Part shown: piece after piece, positions 39,227 through 51,071 of the stretch
Numbering within the stretch: the stretch's first letter is position 1
Layout: the number at the start of each line of letters is the position of its first letter
Assembly (NCBI GenBank): GCA_023920165.1
Contig: CP089277.1
Coordinates: 3,534,001-3,598,000, forward strand
Length of the DNA: 64,000 nt
Source: Curvularia clavata
Taxonomy: Eukaryota
Direction of reading: 5' to 3'
Notes under the pieces: model-generated
Databases searched by the model: none
Told to the model about the DNA's origin: nothing
Seen by the model: only the letters and a program-made list of their open reading frames with translations
Made by a program: the position numbers and the translations under genes

Positions 39227-40733
39227 GTTGTAAAGAGACGGCTCAGGTGAAGCAAAGGTATCTTGGTGGGAGCGAACTATACAAAAATGAATCTCTGGCA
39301 CCTCATTTGGGCTGGTTGCAGTCGTCCGATGATCGGTCCATGCTTGGAAATTTTCTTTTGGCAAGAAAGAATTTGCATTCGACTTCTGCAGGATCACCGT
39401 CTGCGTAACATGCATAGAACGCATAACTCGTAGTGAGCTCACATACCAGACGGAATTTCCAAGGATGCAAATCGTATTCTAACTTTTTTAGGTCGTAGGC
39501 GCTTTTCTATCATTGGCTATAATCGATGTTGATGTACTTCGACAAGAATCCATTTCGATCGTTACTGCTCAGCCATTGACAGCACAGTATGAAGTTTTGA
39601 TGGTTACGTGTAGTGATACAGTGTCGTCATTAGTCACACCCGATTTGGCTTGTTGCATTGAGTTAACCGACTTGGCATTGCACGTCTGACAAATCTGTAG
39701 GATAATGGATCCTGATAAATGCCAGACTATAGACGGATGACATGCATGTTTCGAAGTCGGTCGCCTCTTCTTTTCACTTGAATGGGTTGGATATGCGGGT
39801 GGCTCTCCTATCGTATGCTTGTCCATCATCAGGCCCTCAATCCTTATCGACTACTTGCTGACAGGAATTCGAGCACAGGCCCTCGTTGAATGAAACATCC
39901 AGCTCGTCAATGATGGTCCGTGTTCACGATCACCAAAATCGGCTTACCCAACTCACATCTTGACCGTTGAACGAAAGATGCTGCATACTACACACGACGA
40001 CGTAGGATCCCTCTAATGTCTCAAAGGCGAAGTTTGACCAATGACTTTGCGCATTATCGTCGCACAGGTCAGCGCTGCAGGCCAACCACAAACACGGCGT
40101 TGCAGATCCACAACAGGGTCTGGATCGGGCCGAGGGAACTGCTGGAGCATAGATCCAGTTCTCTTTCAAGTTGCATTTGATGAACAGTGGCTATATTACC
40201 AGAAACCGTTATGCATTCGAAGAACACCTATCACAAAGAGTTGCAATACTAGGAGAGAATCCTCTCGATGCATCTACACTCTACCCATGACTTTTGCGAT
40301 CCAAAACGGAATATCAGTTGACCGCCGAGGAACGAACGATAAGGATACAGTGCGCCCAAATCCCAAGAAAGTCTCCCACATGGAAATCGTATGGCGTCAA
40401 GCTTGCAGGAACAGCTGAAGAATGAGGTGCTTAGCGCTGACGCTGCCTAGGACGCCTATTATACCATTGTGAAAGGAGGCAATGGTGGTTTATGTGGAGA
40501 CTTGCTCGGGAACTTACAATGTGTTGACACCCGGACTTGTCAATCATTGTAGCCAATAGCAAAGATTATACTTCCCTAAGTGAAACCATTTTATGAGATC
40601 CACACCCACAGAACCAGTGACCCACTTACAATTTTACCTTATGCCATGTTAGGAAACCGTTCCTCCAGGCTACGAAATTCGAATTGGATGTTATATAGAG
40701 AGCTACGGACTTGCTCGTGGCTTCGGAACGATC

Positions 40734-43700
40734 ATGAACGATACAGAGAAAGAATCAGAAATGTCAGGCAAAGAATTCAAGTCAGAGCCCATTGCCATTG
40801 TGGGCGTCGGTTGTCGCTTCTCGGGCTCGGCGACTAACCCAGAGGCCCTTTGGGATATGCTCAGTAAGGGTAACACTGGATGGACCAAAACCGCAAGTCA
40901 TCGCTTCAACCTGAATGCCTTTTGGCATCCAAATGGTGACAACAAAGGCACAGTAGGTCGTACCAACAACAGCGAAATCCATGGCCTTCGACATCTGACT
41001 TGTTTCTAGTTCAACGCGAAAGGCTTCCACCTCCTTAAACAAGACCCAGCCTTGTTTGACAACGACTTCTTCGGCATTGGCGGCCTCGAAGCTAAGGCTA
41101 TGGACCCTCAGCAACGCATCCTGCTCGAAGTTGCCTACGAAGCATTCGAGAATGCAGGATTATCTATGGAAGAGCTAAGGGGTTCACAAACAGGCGTTTG
41201 GTGTTCAGTTTCGAACGCCGATTACGAGTCGATTCTGGCTCGAGATCCTGATATCTCTCCCGGGTAAATTCATCTGAAGATTATTTCTGGATCATGTAGC
41301 TGACGGAAATAAAAAGTTACCGAATGACTGGAACTGGTAATGCAATTGTTTCGAATCGCATTTCGTACCTATTTGATCTTCGGGGTCCCAGCATGACCAT
41401 TGACACATTTTGTTCCAGTACTCTGGTTGGGCTCGATGCAGCTGTCAAATCGATCCGAGCAGGCGTAGTCAAGCAAGCCTTCGTTGGTGGATCCAACCTA
41501 TGTTTGGATCCTGAGAGAACTGGAGTTCTTTCCTCTATGTCGTAAGTCTTGAACATGTATTTCTATCATTTACTTTGGCTCACCTGTCTCAAATAGATTC
41601 ACATCGCCAGACGGCCGCTGTTATGCCTTCGATCCACGCGCTAGCGGATACGGTCGAGGAGAGGGTGTAGCGGCCGTCATTCTGAAACCACTCAGTGCCG
41701 CCTTGGCTGACGGCGATTCTATCAGAGCCGTGATACGAGGCACAGGTGTAAGCTCAGATGGTAAAACCAACGGTATTACATTGCCATCAGACTGGGGCCA
41801 GAAGCAAGCTTTGGAAATGGCCTACAAGGATGCAGGCCTCCGTCCACAAGACACGTATTTTGTGGAGGCACACGGTACGTATTAACAGCCAAAGTAGTTG
41901 CTGAAGACAACTCTGATTGTATCTGTCTAGGCACGGGAACAAAAGCGGGTGATCGAACAGAAGCTACTGTATGGATGGATACCTTTCTGCGCGGCCGATC
42001 GAAAGACCTGCCATTGGTTGTCGGTTCCGTGAAGGCAAATGTCGGTCATACTGAACCTACGGCTGGTCTTGCGGGACTTTTGAAGGCCGTTTTAGTTCTC
42101 GAACAGGGTGTTATTCCAGCCACACCCACACACAAGTCTCTCAGCCCAGATGTCGCCGCTGTACTTGGGGATTCTTTTGTCCAGGTAGGTTACGCCCTTG
42201 AGTCAACTTGTTGCTGATTAATGTCTTACTTTGACAAACATAGATTCCTACAAAAAAAACACCTTGGCCCAAGGGCATACTCAGAAGAATCTCGGTCAAT
42301 ACGACTGGATATGGTGGCACCGATGCCCATGTCGTTGTCGATCACCCAGAGGAGGTTGTACCGTCCCTGCAAAACGGCTCATCTCCTGCTGCTGTTACCA
42401 TAGGTCCCAAGCTTTTCACCATCTCTCACCGTCGTGCAGACGCACTGAAAGAGACAGCAAATGCATTGCGCCGGTCCTTGGCCCAGAAGTGGGCTCGCAA
42501 CAGCGAGACACTCCTGTCTGATTTGGCATTCACACTGTCCCGTCGATCTCACTGGGATTACCGAATGTATTTCTCCGCTTCGACACAGACAGAGCTCCTT
42601 GAGAACCTTGATCAGATTGCCAAAGGTGTTAATCGCCTGGAAACTGCAGGCCCACAGCCCGCTTTGTGTTTTGCATTCACTGGTGTGTTGTCGTCTCCCA
42701 GGACAGTTGCTTATATTTACTTACATTGAATTTAGGTCAAGGTGCCCAATGGCCGAAGATGGGACTGGATTTGATGCCACATTATCCAATCTTTGCAGAG
42801 TCGATGCGAAGATCGGAGGCAGAGTTCCTGCGCTTGGGCGCGACATGGCGCTTGCTTGAGGAGCTGGAAAAGCCAAAAGACGAAACATCTATCAACCAGG
42901 CCTGGCTTTCTCAGCCATGCTGTACAGCTGTTCAGGTCGCTTTGCTGGACCTCCTCAGTTCCTGGGGAATAGAGCCACAAGTTGTTTGCGGTCACTCAAG
43001 TGGTGAAATTGCCGCTGCATATGCTGCGGGAGTCCTAACTGCCGGCGAAGCCTTGCAGGTTGCCTATTTCCGTGGCTTTCATGTTGAAGCTCTTAGAAAA
43101 TCGAGGCCAGATCTGAAGGGGGCTATGCTGGCAGTCGGTGTCTCAGCTGAAGATGCGCTTACATATATCGAACCAGAAGACAAGGTTACTGTGGCATGCT
43201 ACAACAGCCCACAGAGTGCTACTCTGTCGGGTGATGTGGATGATATCGTTCGTGTCAAAGCCAGGCTTGATGAAAAAGGTATTTTCGCTCGCAAATTGGA
43301 GGTTGACGTTGCATATCACTCTGCTCATATGAAACACGCCGAGGCTAGTTACCACGCAGCAATGGATAACCTGAGCCCGAAACGCTGCAAACACGGCGTA
43401 CGACTGTACTCATCTGTGACGGAGGAGCTTTTGGACGGCATCGAGATGGGCGCATTGTACTGGACACAAAACCTCATATCATCTGTGCGCTTTTCTCAGG
43501 CTCTTGGTAAGATAATTACAGAAAGAGCTACTTGGTTGAGCCCTGGTCATTCTGGAAAGATTATGGTTATCGAAGTCGGACCTCATGCTGCTCTGAAGGG
43601 TCCGATTACGCAGATCATCAAGGCTGCTGGCGCGCCGGGCCCTTTAATCTACCAGAATGCGCTGAAAAGGGGCGAGGAAGGCTCGAAATCGGTACTGCAA

Positions 43701-46700
43701 CTCGCCGGGCAGCTATTTCAGCGGGGTGGTGTGATCAACTTCCGAGCAATCAATGAGCCAGCTTCAGACCATCCTAAGCCCAAGCTACTTGTTTCGCTGC
43801 CGAACTATCTGTGGCATCACGAAAGAGCTCATTGGGCGGAATCCCGGCGGAGTGCCGCGTATAGGTTCCGAGCATTCCCTAAGCACGATATTTTGGGAGC
43901 GCCAACCATGGACAGCATCCACGACGAGCCCACTTGGAGAGTGTATCTCCGCAGCTCAGCCATTCCCTGGGTCAAGGGACACGTCATCCAGGATCAGGTC
44001 GTCTACCCGGGAGCTGCATACGTTTCTATGATTGTCGAGGCCTTGAAAGAACGTCACATGATCCAGAAACGTCGATGGAAAGGTCTTACACTTCATTTCC
44101 GTGACGTTCAGTTCACTCGAGTGCTGATCGTTCCGGATACGGAAAATGGGATCGAGACTATCACATCATTAAGGCCCATGTCTCCGTCTACTCGGGAATC
44201 CTCTGCAACTTGGTTTGAGTTCCGCGTGTTTACGCTAGCAGCAGATGGGGAGTCGTCTACCGATCATTGCCGTGGTATGGTCTCTATTAGCTCAACACCG
44301 GTTGCAAACGTGCTTCCAGAAACCACCCCTCCACATGACCTCACAAGATTCTCGTCCGAGGCCCTCTATCGGGAGCTGCACTCTCTTGGGGCTAAATACA
44401 CTGGACAAGTGGCGCAATTGAACGAGATACGAGGAGGACATGGATTTGCTAGATGCGACTTTGCAATCCCGAATACCAGCGCCGACATGCCTGGAGGTAT
44501 TGAGCAGCCATGTCTGGTTCACCCCTTGACCCTTGAGGCAGCTTTCCAATCACCATTCGCGGCATTGAAACTAGGCGACAGATTAAAGACAATTTATCTC
44601 CTCGAGGGCATAGAAGAGCTCTACATCTCCACCGATATTCCCTCTCAACCGGATACTGCGTTGAGGGCCGAGACTCATGTGGAAAATTTTGGCATCTTGA
44701 AGGCTCGAGCCGGAGTGACAATCACGGACCCCACCCAGCCTTCCCAGTCAGTTTACATCAGAGCCAATGGCGTACGTTATGCTGGACTCGAGCAGCAAGA
44801 GAAAACCCCTGAAGGAGTGGATGAAGAACAAGTTTGCCATTGGATTGACTGGGTTCTTGACCCCCTACATTCTACTCCTCAAGCCCTAGCCCAGTGGATT
44901 CGTCAAACAGCCACCACAGTTGATCCAATTATGGCTAAGAATGAGTCGATTGTTGAAAGGTACATTCAGGCTGCTGTCAAGCATTTGCAAATGACATGCC
45001 CAGAACCAAACACCAGGAGTAATACCTTTTATGATCATGCGGCGCAATTGAGCAAATACCTAGAGCTAGTTGCAGTACTTGAAAACAGTACAGATCTTCA
45101 GGAAGACTTATTGGCCGCAGGACCGCTGGGCGGGACAATGCTAGACTTATTCACTCAGGTCGTCAAAGGCGCAGACACTGGGCTACGATCGCGAGCTAGA
45201 GGAAGCCTGATGAAGAGCATTTCCCGCGGGAATGTCGCATTTCAGCGTTCCATTCATCACATCGGTTCATATCTCAGGACCTTGCGGCTAAAAAGACCGA
45301 GTCTTCGGATATTGACCATTGGCCCCGACTATGAAGGGTTGAAATCCATCGTCGATAATTTGATGATATCTTCCAATTTCGCAAACGGCCTGAAAGATGA
45401 AGACTGGAGCTGCACCTATGCTGTTACTATGCCAACTGGCGGGACACCCAGTTCCGAGCGTGACGAGTCGTCATCGGAATCTTCAGAATCGTCACAATAC
45501 GTGAAGTTGGATATTATGGATTCATATGCATCCCCCAATCTTCAACCAGGAACATTTGATGTGCTGCTTATCCCTTCCTTCTTGAGCCATTCGATTCCGG
45601 ACCTGACAAGTGCCCTACCGCGTCTCAAATCTCTGTTGAAAGATCAAGGGGCCATGGTTTTTGTGGAGGTTACCGAGCCAACCACCAAATGGGAATTGAT
45701 CTCAACCAGCCTCTCCAACGAGAATCCCGCACTTGCCAACGCCAAATTTATGAAAGCTGCCCAGTGGGAAGAGCTGTTGATTGACAGTGGTTTCACTGAT
45801 CTTTCTGAAATACGGGATCTTGAGACGGCTGAACATGAAACAAGTATTTTCATTGCTCGAGCGCTACCCTCCAACTCCATAACGAGCAACGCCATCACTG
45901 TTCTTCTCCCATCAGAGGAACTTGATGAATTAGCTCTCAACATTGTCTCCCGACTTCGATCTCAAGCCAAGGGCGTCTCAATCACAGCGGCTTCACTCGA
46001 AAGCGCTGTAGTGAGCGATGGCACCTTTATCATCTTGCTGGAAGCATTCAAGCCATTCTTGGAGCACATAACACCGAGGTCATGGGAACTACTGCGAGAT
46101 CTCATGACCAGGGCGAGCCGCGTGCTATGGGTCACAAACAAGGGGGTTTTGGATAGTTCAAATCCTGCCATGAGTTTATCTCATGGTTTCACTCGGAGTC
46201 TAAGGATTGAGTTTCCCAACTTACAACTTATTACGCTAGACATTGATGTCGACTCCAAATCGCCAGCGCAGAATGCCGATAGCATCCACAAACTCTATAC
46301 TGCACTTCTCGAAGGCAACGTACCAGTCCCCAAACGGTCCGAATGGGAGTGGGAATTTGCTGAACGAGACGGCGCTGTTTTTGTGCAGCGTGCTTTCCCT
46401 CATGCTACTGGAACCGAATTTATTGAGAACTCTACATCGTCCTACCACCCGAGATTGGAGAAATGGGGTGCAGATTCTCGGGCTCTTGGTTTGAGGATCC
46501 GCACAGCGGGCATGCTCAGTACTCTGCATTGGGTCGATAGGGCCGAACACAGCAAAGCTGTGGACAACAACCAGGTTCGAGTCAAGATGCAGATCTTCGC
46601 TACCAGCCCCCTCGATATAAACACCATCAACGGCGAGTCGAATGGAGAACCCAATCTCCTCACTCAAGGAGTCGGTGTAGTCGTTGAGAAGGGTTCGAAA

Positions 46701-48685
46701 GCGACAGATTTCTCAATCGGCGACGTTGTGTTTGCCTACGAACCAAATGGACTAGCACTCTACAGCAACATTGGCATTGACAAAGCCGTTAAGGTTCCCC
46801 AGGGAGTGGTTATTGAGCAAGCTGTCACTGTACCTCTGTCATATGGAATCGGGTTTTTCTGCCTTAAAAACCTAGCTGGTATGCAACCCGGCGAGTCAGT
46901 CCTGATTCACGGGGCGGCAAATCATGTCGGGGAAGCAGCGATCACCCTATCGAGACATTTGGGAGCCAGGAATATCTTCCTCAGTGCAAGCACGCAAGAT
47001 GAGCGTGAATTGCTTCAGCAGCGGTGGAATATTCCAGCAGTCAACATTTTCTCCGTGGAGGATCTGGAGGGCGCACCAGAAATGCTCACTAAGATTAACG
47101 GCGGTAGTGTTGACGTTGTCATTAACTGTGTTCCTGGTCAAGCAACAGACGGGATCTTCTCCATCGTCGCACCTTTTGGCCATCTGATCGATGTCAGCAA
47201 CCAGGATCCGCGCCGCACTGGAAGGCTGCAAAGCAAGAACCATGCTTCTTACACAAACTTCAACATGGCAATTTTGGCAATGGCTAAACCTGCATTGGTC
47301 AAAGAAGTATTCAAGACGGTGCTCAACCTGGTCAACTCGTCCAAAGTCCAGATATTGGAGCCTCTCCCTGTAGCCCCGCTCACGAAAGCCCAGGAAGTCT
47401 TCCAAGCTTTGTTATCCGGCTCGCAGCAGAAGAGGCTTTTGAAGGTTGAGCCAGGCATGTGGCTTATGACCCAGCCCACCCGACCTGCGCAAGCTACGCT
47501 TAAACAAGATGCGTCATACTTTGTGGTTGGTGGTACAGGCGGTCTTGGTAGGGTTATCATCCGCTACTTGACTAAGTTGGGAGCCAAGCGCATCATCACA
47601 CTTTCGCCGTCTGGAAACGACAAACCAGAAGCCAAGGAGCTTGCCGAAGAGCTCCAACAGCAAGGAGTAGAGCTTGTCAATGTTAAGGGAACAGCTAGTG
47701 ATCTAGAGAAACTCAAGAAAATCGCTCGAGAATCTGGCTCACGACCCGTGCGTGGAGTAATCCATGCAGGTACCGTCTTTGAGGTAAGTTTCAAGCCGTT
47801 GTTCGCCTTCCAAGGATCAGGTTACTAACAAATGTGCAGGATGGCCCCTTCGAAGCGACGACCCACGAGCAGTGGACTCACGGAATCGAAGCCAAGGTAG
47901 CTGGAACAGTCAGTATCCACGCGGTCTTTGGCACGACAGTTGATTTCTTCACGATGCTCAGCAGTGTTGTTGGTGTCCAGGGGACATACGCACAGAACGC
48001 CTACAACACGGGAAATGCTTTCCAAGATGCATTTGCACGAGCCTGCGCTGCTAAAGGACTACCTGCTCGTTCGCTTGATCTCAGCATGGTGGCCGATGAA
48101 GGTAGAGGAGCATCGGCGGAATCGACAGAGTTTTTGCGCCGTCATGGTTTGCGCCAAGTCGACATTGATACTGTCACCACGGCTATCAGCTTCTCTATCT
48201 GCCATCCAGTTGCCGCTAGTCCTGCTGAAGGACAGATTCTCGTCGGTTTCCGACAAGAATATCCCGATTCAGGCTCGAAGATTGCCGCCTTACAGCGTCC
48301 TGATGCACGTTTCTCCCACATCTGGTTCAAGCCTGTCACAAATCAAGCCGCAGCTGTCAAGGAAGGAGAGTTTGACGTTCAGTCCGCACTCAAAGAAGCT
48401 ACAACTGCTGAGGCCGCCATACAGGCGACTTTTACATCACTGAAAGGAGTAGTGTCGCAATTGTTGGATGTGGAGGAGTCAACAGTTTTGCCAGAACGAA
48501 GTTTCATTAGTTACGGCTTGGATTCTCTTACAGCTATGGAGCTGAGAAAGCACGTAAACTCTGTCTTGGTAAGTTCAGTACAGATGTTAGAGATTATGAA
48601 CCCCATGCCACTTTTGCAGTTCGCTGAGTTGGCTGCAAGCCGATCTGCGCTTGTTGGTGAGGGTCTTTTTGGGAAGAAAGAATAG
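40734..48685 (+). CDS. Highly reducing iterative type I polyketide synthase, KS-AT-DH-(MT0)-(ER0)-KR-ACP
   Basis: Frame is intact across 7 GT-AG introns. [111 protein letters not shown]. No release domain. Confidence 0.96.
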
Positions 48686-49099
48686 ATTGTATTAGGGGCT
48701 GCTCTGCTAGGTTTTAGTTTAGAACCTTCCTAGTTTAAAATGAGTACAGTGCTTGTGTCATTGAGAATATCTTGACGTCTTAATAATTTTGTGAAGTTCT
48801 GCCACGAACTTGGAAATCTCACCATGTTTGTGCCTTCCTTTCACCACCTACATCAACCCTTGCCGTGTCCATCCTCTCCTTCTTTCAATGATTTCAACCG
48901 CAAGGAATCGCCGTATCCCATGTAAGCTCTGGTAAGCGGGAATTTGCTGTCAGCCGTCAGATCGGCCTTCCTTAGCCGTCTCAACGAATCCTTCGGTGTC
49001 AGCTTTCAAAAAGCATATATACCGCATTCCCTCTGTTTTTCTTCATTTATTCTCCTTCAATCTCATTACATTCAGTTCCCGGTCACGATTGTATCCATC

Positions 49100-50512
49100 A
49101 TGAGCACTACGAAGACGTTGGTTCGCCCCACTGACCCATCATTGGGAGACCCCGATGATTTGTCTCCTCTCGACCAGTACATGATTCGGATCATCATTCC
49201 AATCATGTGTGCGTTCAAAGTCGAGCGAGACGACCTTCGCCCGACCATTGTGAAAAATTTGAAGGCCGGATTGGCACGCACTATCAACGAAATGCCTTTC
49301 ATCGCGTCAGTAATAGTCGCCGACGACGAAGAGCGTGGGACATATAAGTTACACTTTGATGAGGAAGAAGCGGGCGTCTGGTTTCACGAGCGTGAATGCC
49401 TCGATTATTCTTTCGAAGAAATGGAGAAGAAGAGATTCTCTTTCTCCTGCTTTCCTGTCACCACCTTCGTTCCAGAACCAAGAGGACACTCTGAGAAGTG
49501 CCCAGTTGTCACAGTTCAGGCTGTTTTTATCAGGGGTGGAGTTGTCATTACGTATAACGGACATCACGGGATCATGGATGCTCAGTCTTTGGGCACCTTT
49601 GCCTCCGTTTGGTCTCGCAACGTCCAGGCTGTATCCGAAGGCTATACGATACCTCTAAGCGAACAATACAAAGCCGAAGACCTTGACCGCACCATGTTCG
49701 ACACTGCCTATAGCCCGCGTCCATTGGCAGATTTCCACACTTACAGGCCTGGCAAAGAAACCAAACTCACCGCGGAACGCAATGAGATTATACGTCTCAG
49801 CTCGGCTGGAGACCATTTGAAACTGCATGAGATCGTACCGATCTCGCATTGGTTCATGACGCAGGAGCAGGTCGACGTCTTGAACCAGAGTGTTCGAGAT
49901 GCATTCCCTAACGAGCCGGGCGTGACTGAAGCTGCCCTGTTCAGCGCCCTGATCTGGAAATCTATCGCCCAAGCTCGCAGTCTCGCTGAAAGTGGCATTG
50001 AGGAGTGTGCACTCTTCACCTCGACAAATGTCCGCAGGATGGTAGACCCCCAGCTCGATCTAATGTACCCAGGCAATGCCATTGCCTTAGCCCGAGCTGA
50101 TGCGACCACCGAAGAACTTTACGATAAGGATGAGCTGAGGGCACTTTACAAGCTTGCAAGAAAGACATCGGACTCTATCGACGAGTGGACCGCGGACGAA
50201 CTCTACGATCTCATGGGGGTAGTACAGGAAGCCGACGACGTGGTCAACCTGATGCTACCTGATCTCGACCACAGTTTCTACATCAGCCAACCTGCTCGAT
50301 TCGGTAACCTTTTGGGCAAGTCTCAGTGGGGAAGTGAGTTGGGTGCCATCAAAGCGTTTCGATTTGCATTCCCACCGCCGGTGAATGGATTTGCGTGCCC
50401 ATTACCGGCTTTAGGTGGTGGCATGGATTTGATGATTTGGATCAATGAGGAGGTACAGGCAAAGCTGAAGACGTTGGAATCTTGGACAAAGTGGGTGACG
50501 CCTGTTGTTTAG
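49100..50512 (+). CDS. Tri101/BAHD-type (transferase family) O-acyltransferase
   Basis: Intronless. LSPLDQYM N-terminal motif, PVVTVQAVFIRGG, catalytic HHGIMD (HxxxD), NVRR..YPGNA, and WGSELG as a fungal variant of DFGWG. Confidence 0.88.
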   Translation: MSTTKTLVRPTDPSLGDPDDLSPLDQYMIRIIIPIMCAFKVERDDLRPTIVKNLKAGLARTINEMPFIASVIVADDEERGTYKLHFDEEEAGVWFHERECLDYSFEEMEKKRFSFSCFPVTTFVPEPRGHSEKCPVVTVQAVFIRGGVVITYNGHHGIMDAQSLGTFASVWSRNVQAVSEGYTIPLSEQYKAEDLDRTMFDTAYSPRPLADFHTYRPGKETKLTAERNEIIRLSSAGDHLKLHEIVPISHWFMTQEQVDVLNQSVRDAFPNEPGVTEAALFSALIWKSIAQARSLAESGIEECALFTSTNVRRMVDPQLDLMYPGNAIALARADATTEELYDKDELRALYKLARKTSDSIDEWTADELYDLMGVVQEADDVVNLMLPDLDHSFYISQPARFGNLLGKSQWGSELGAIKAFRFAFPPPVNGFACPLPALGGGMDLMIWINEEVQAKLKTLESWTKWVTPVV

Positions 50513-51071
50513 AGATCACCATACACGTATGGTACTCCATACCATGGTTCTCAGCTCGAACGTATGGGTGTTGATCTATACGCGACTTACGCCCTATTCA
50601 AAAAACTAAACCTGTTCTCCACGTTTCCATGTCCCGTTTTTCCTCGTTCTTTTAAGATCTTGTCTTATGCATGTCAGCTTACTTTAGTACAATTTAGGTA
50701 ATTCTGTCACACTTTTCCCGGCCCAATGACCATCGTGGCCCACCCCGGCTGGATATGCCGCGTTGGTGGCGTAGCTAGCGGCGTGCAAGATTCGGCTGGC
50801 AGCGCAAGCATGCGAGGTAAGGTCCTGAGAGGCGAAATTAGGTGACTTGCATCAGTCTTGATGACGTTTTTTCTTGGCCGGATAATGCATCAAGCCCATG
50901 CTGGTTCTTCATCTGCAGCCCGCAGCCTAGGTAAATCCCGGCGCTAAGCCAAGATCCCCGGAGCTAAGGGTCAATCGAGCAGGGTCCACGTGTGTCAACG
51001 CTTAAAAGTATATCGAATGACACTCTGCTGGTAGTAGTAGCTTGCGCCCTCGCAGTTCATATCACAAGATC

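Noticed and set aside
40734..42740. PKS appearing fragmented or pseudogenised in the ORF track
   Set aside because: Each break coincides with a GT-AG intron, and the spliced frame is continuous through KS into AT.
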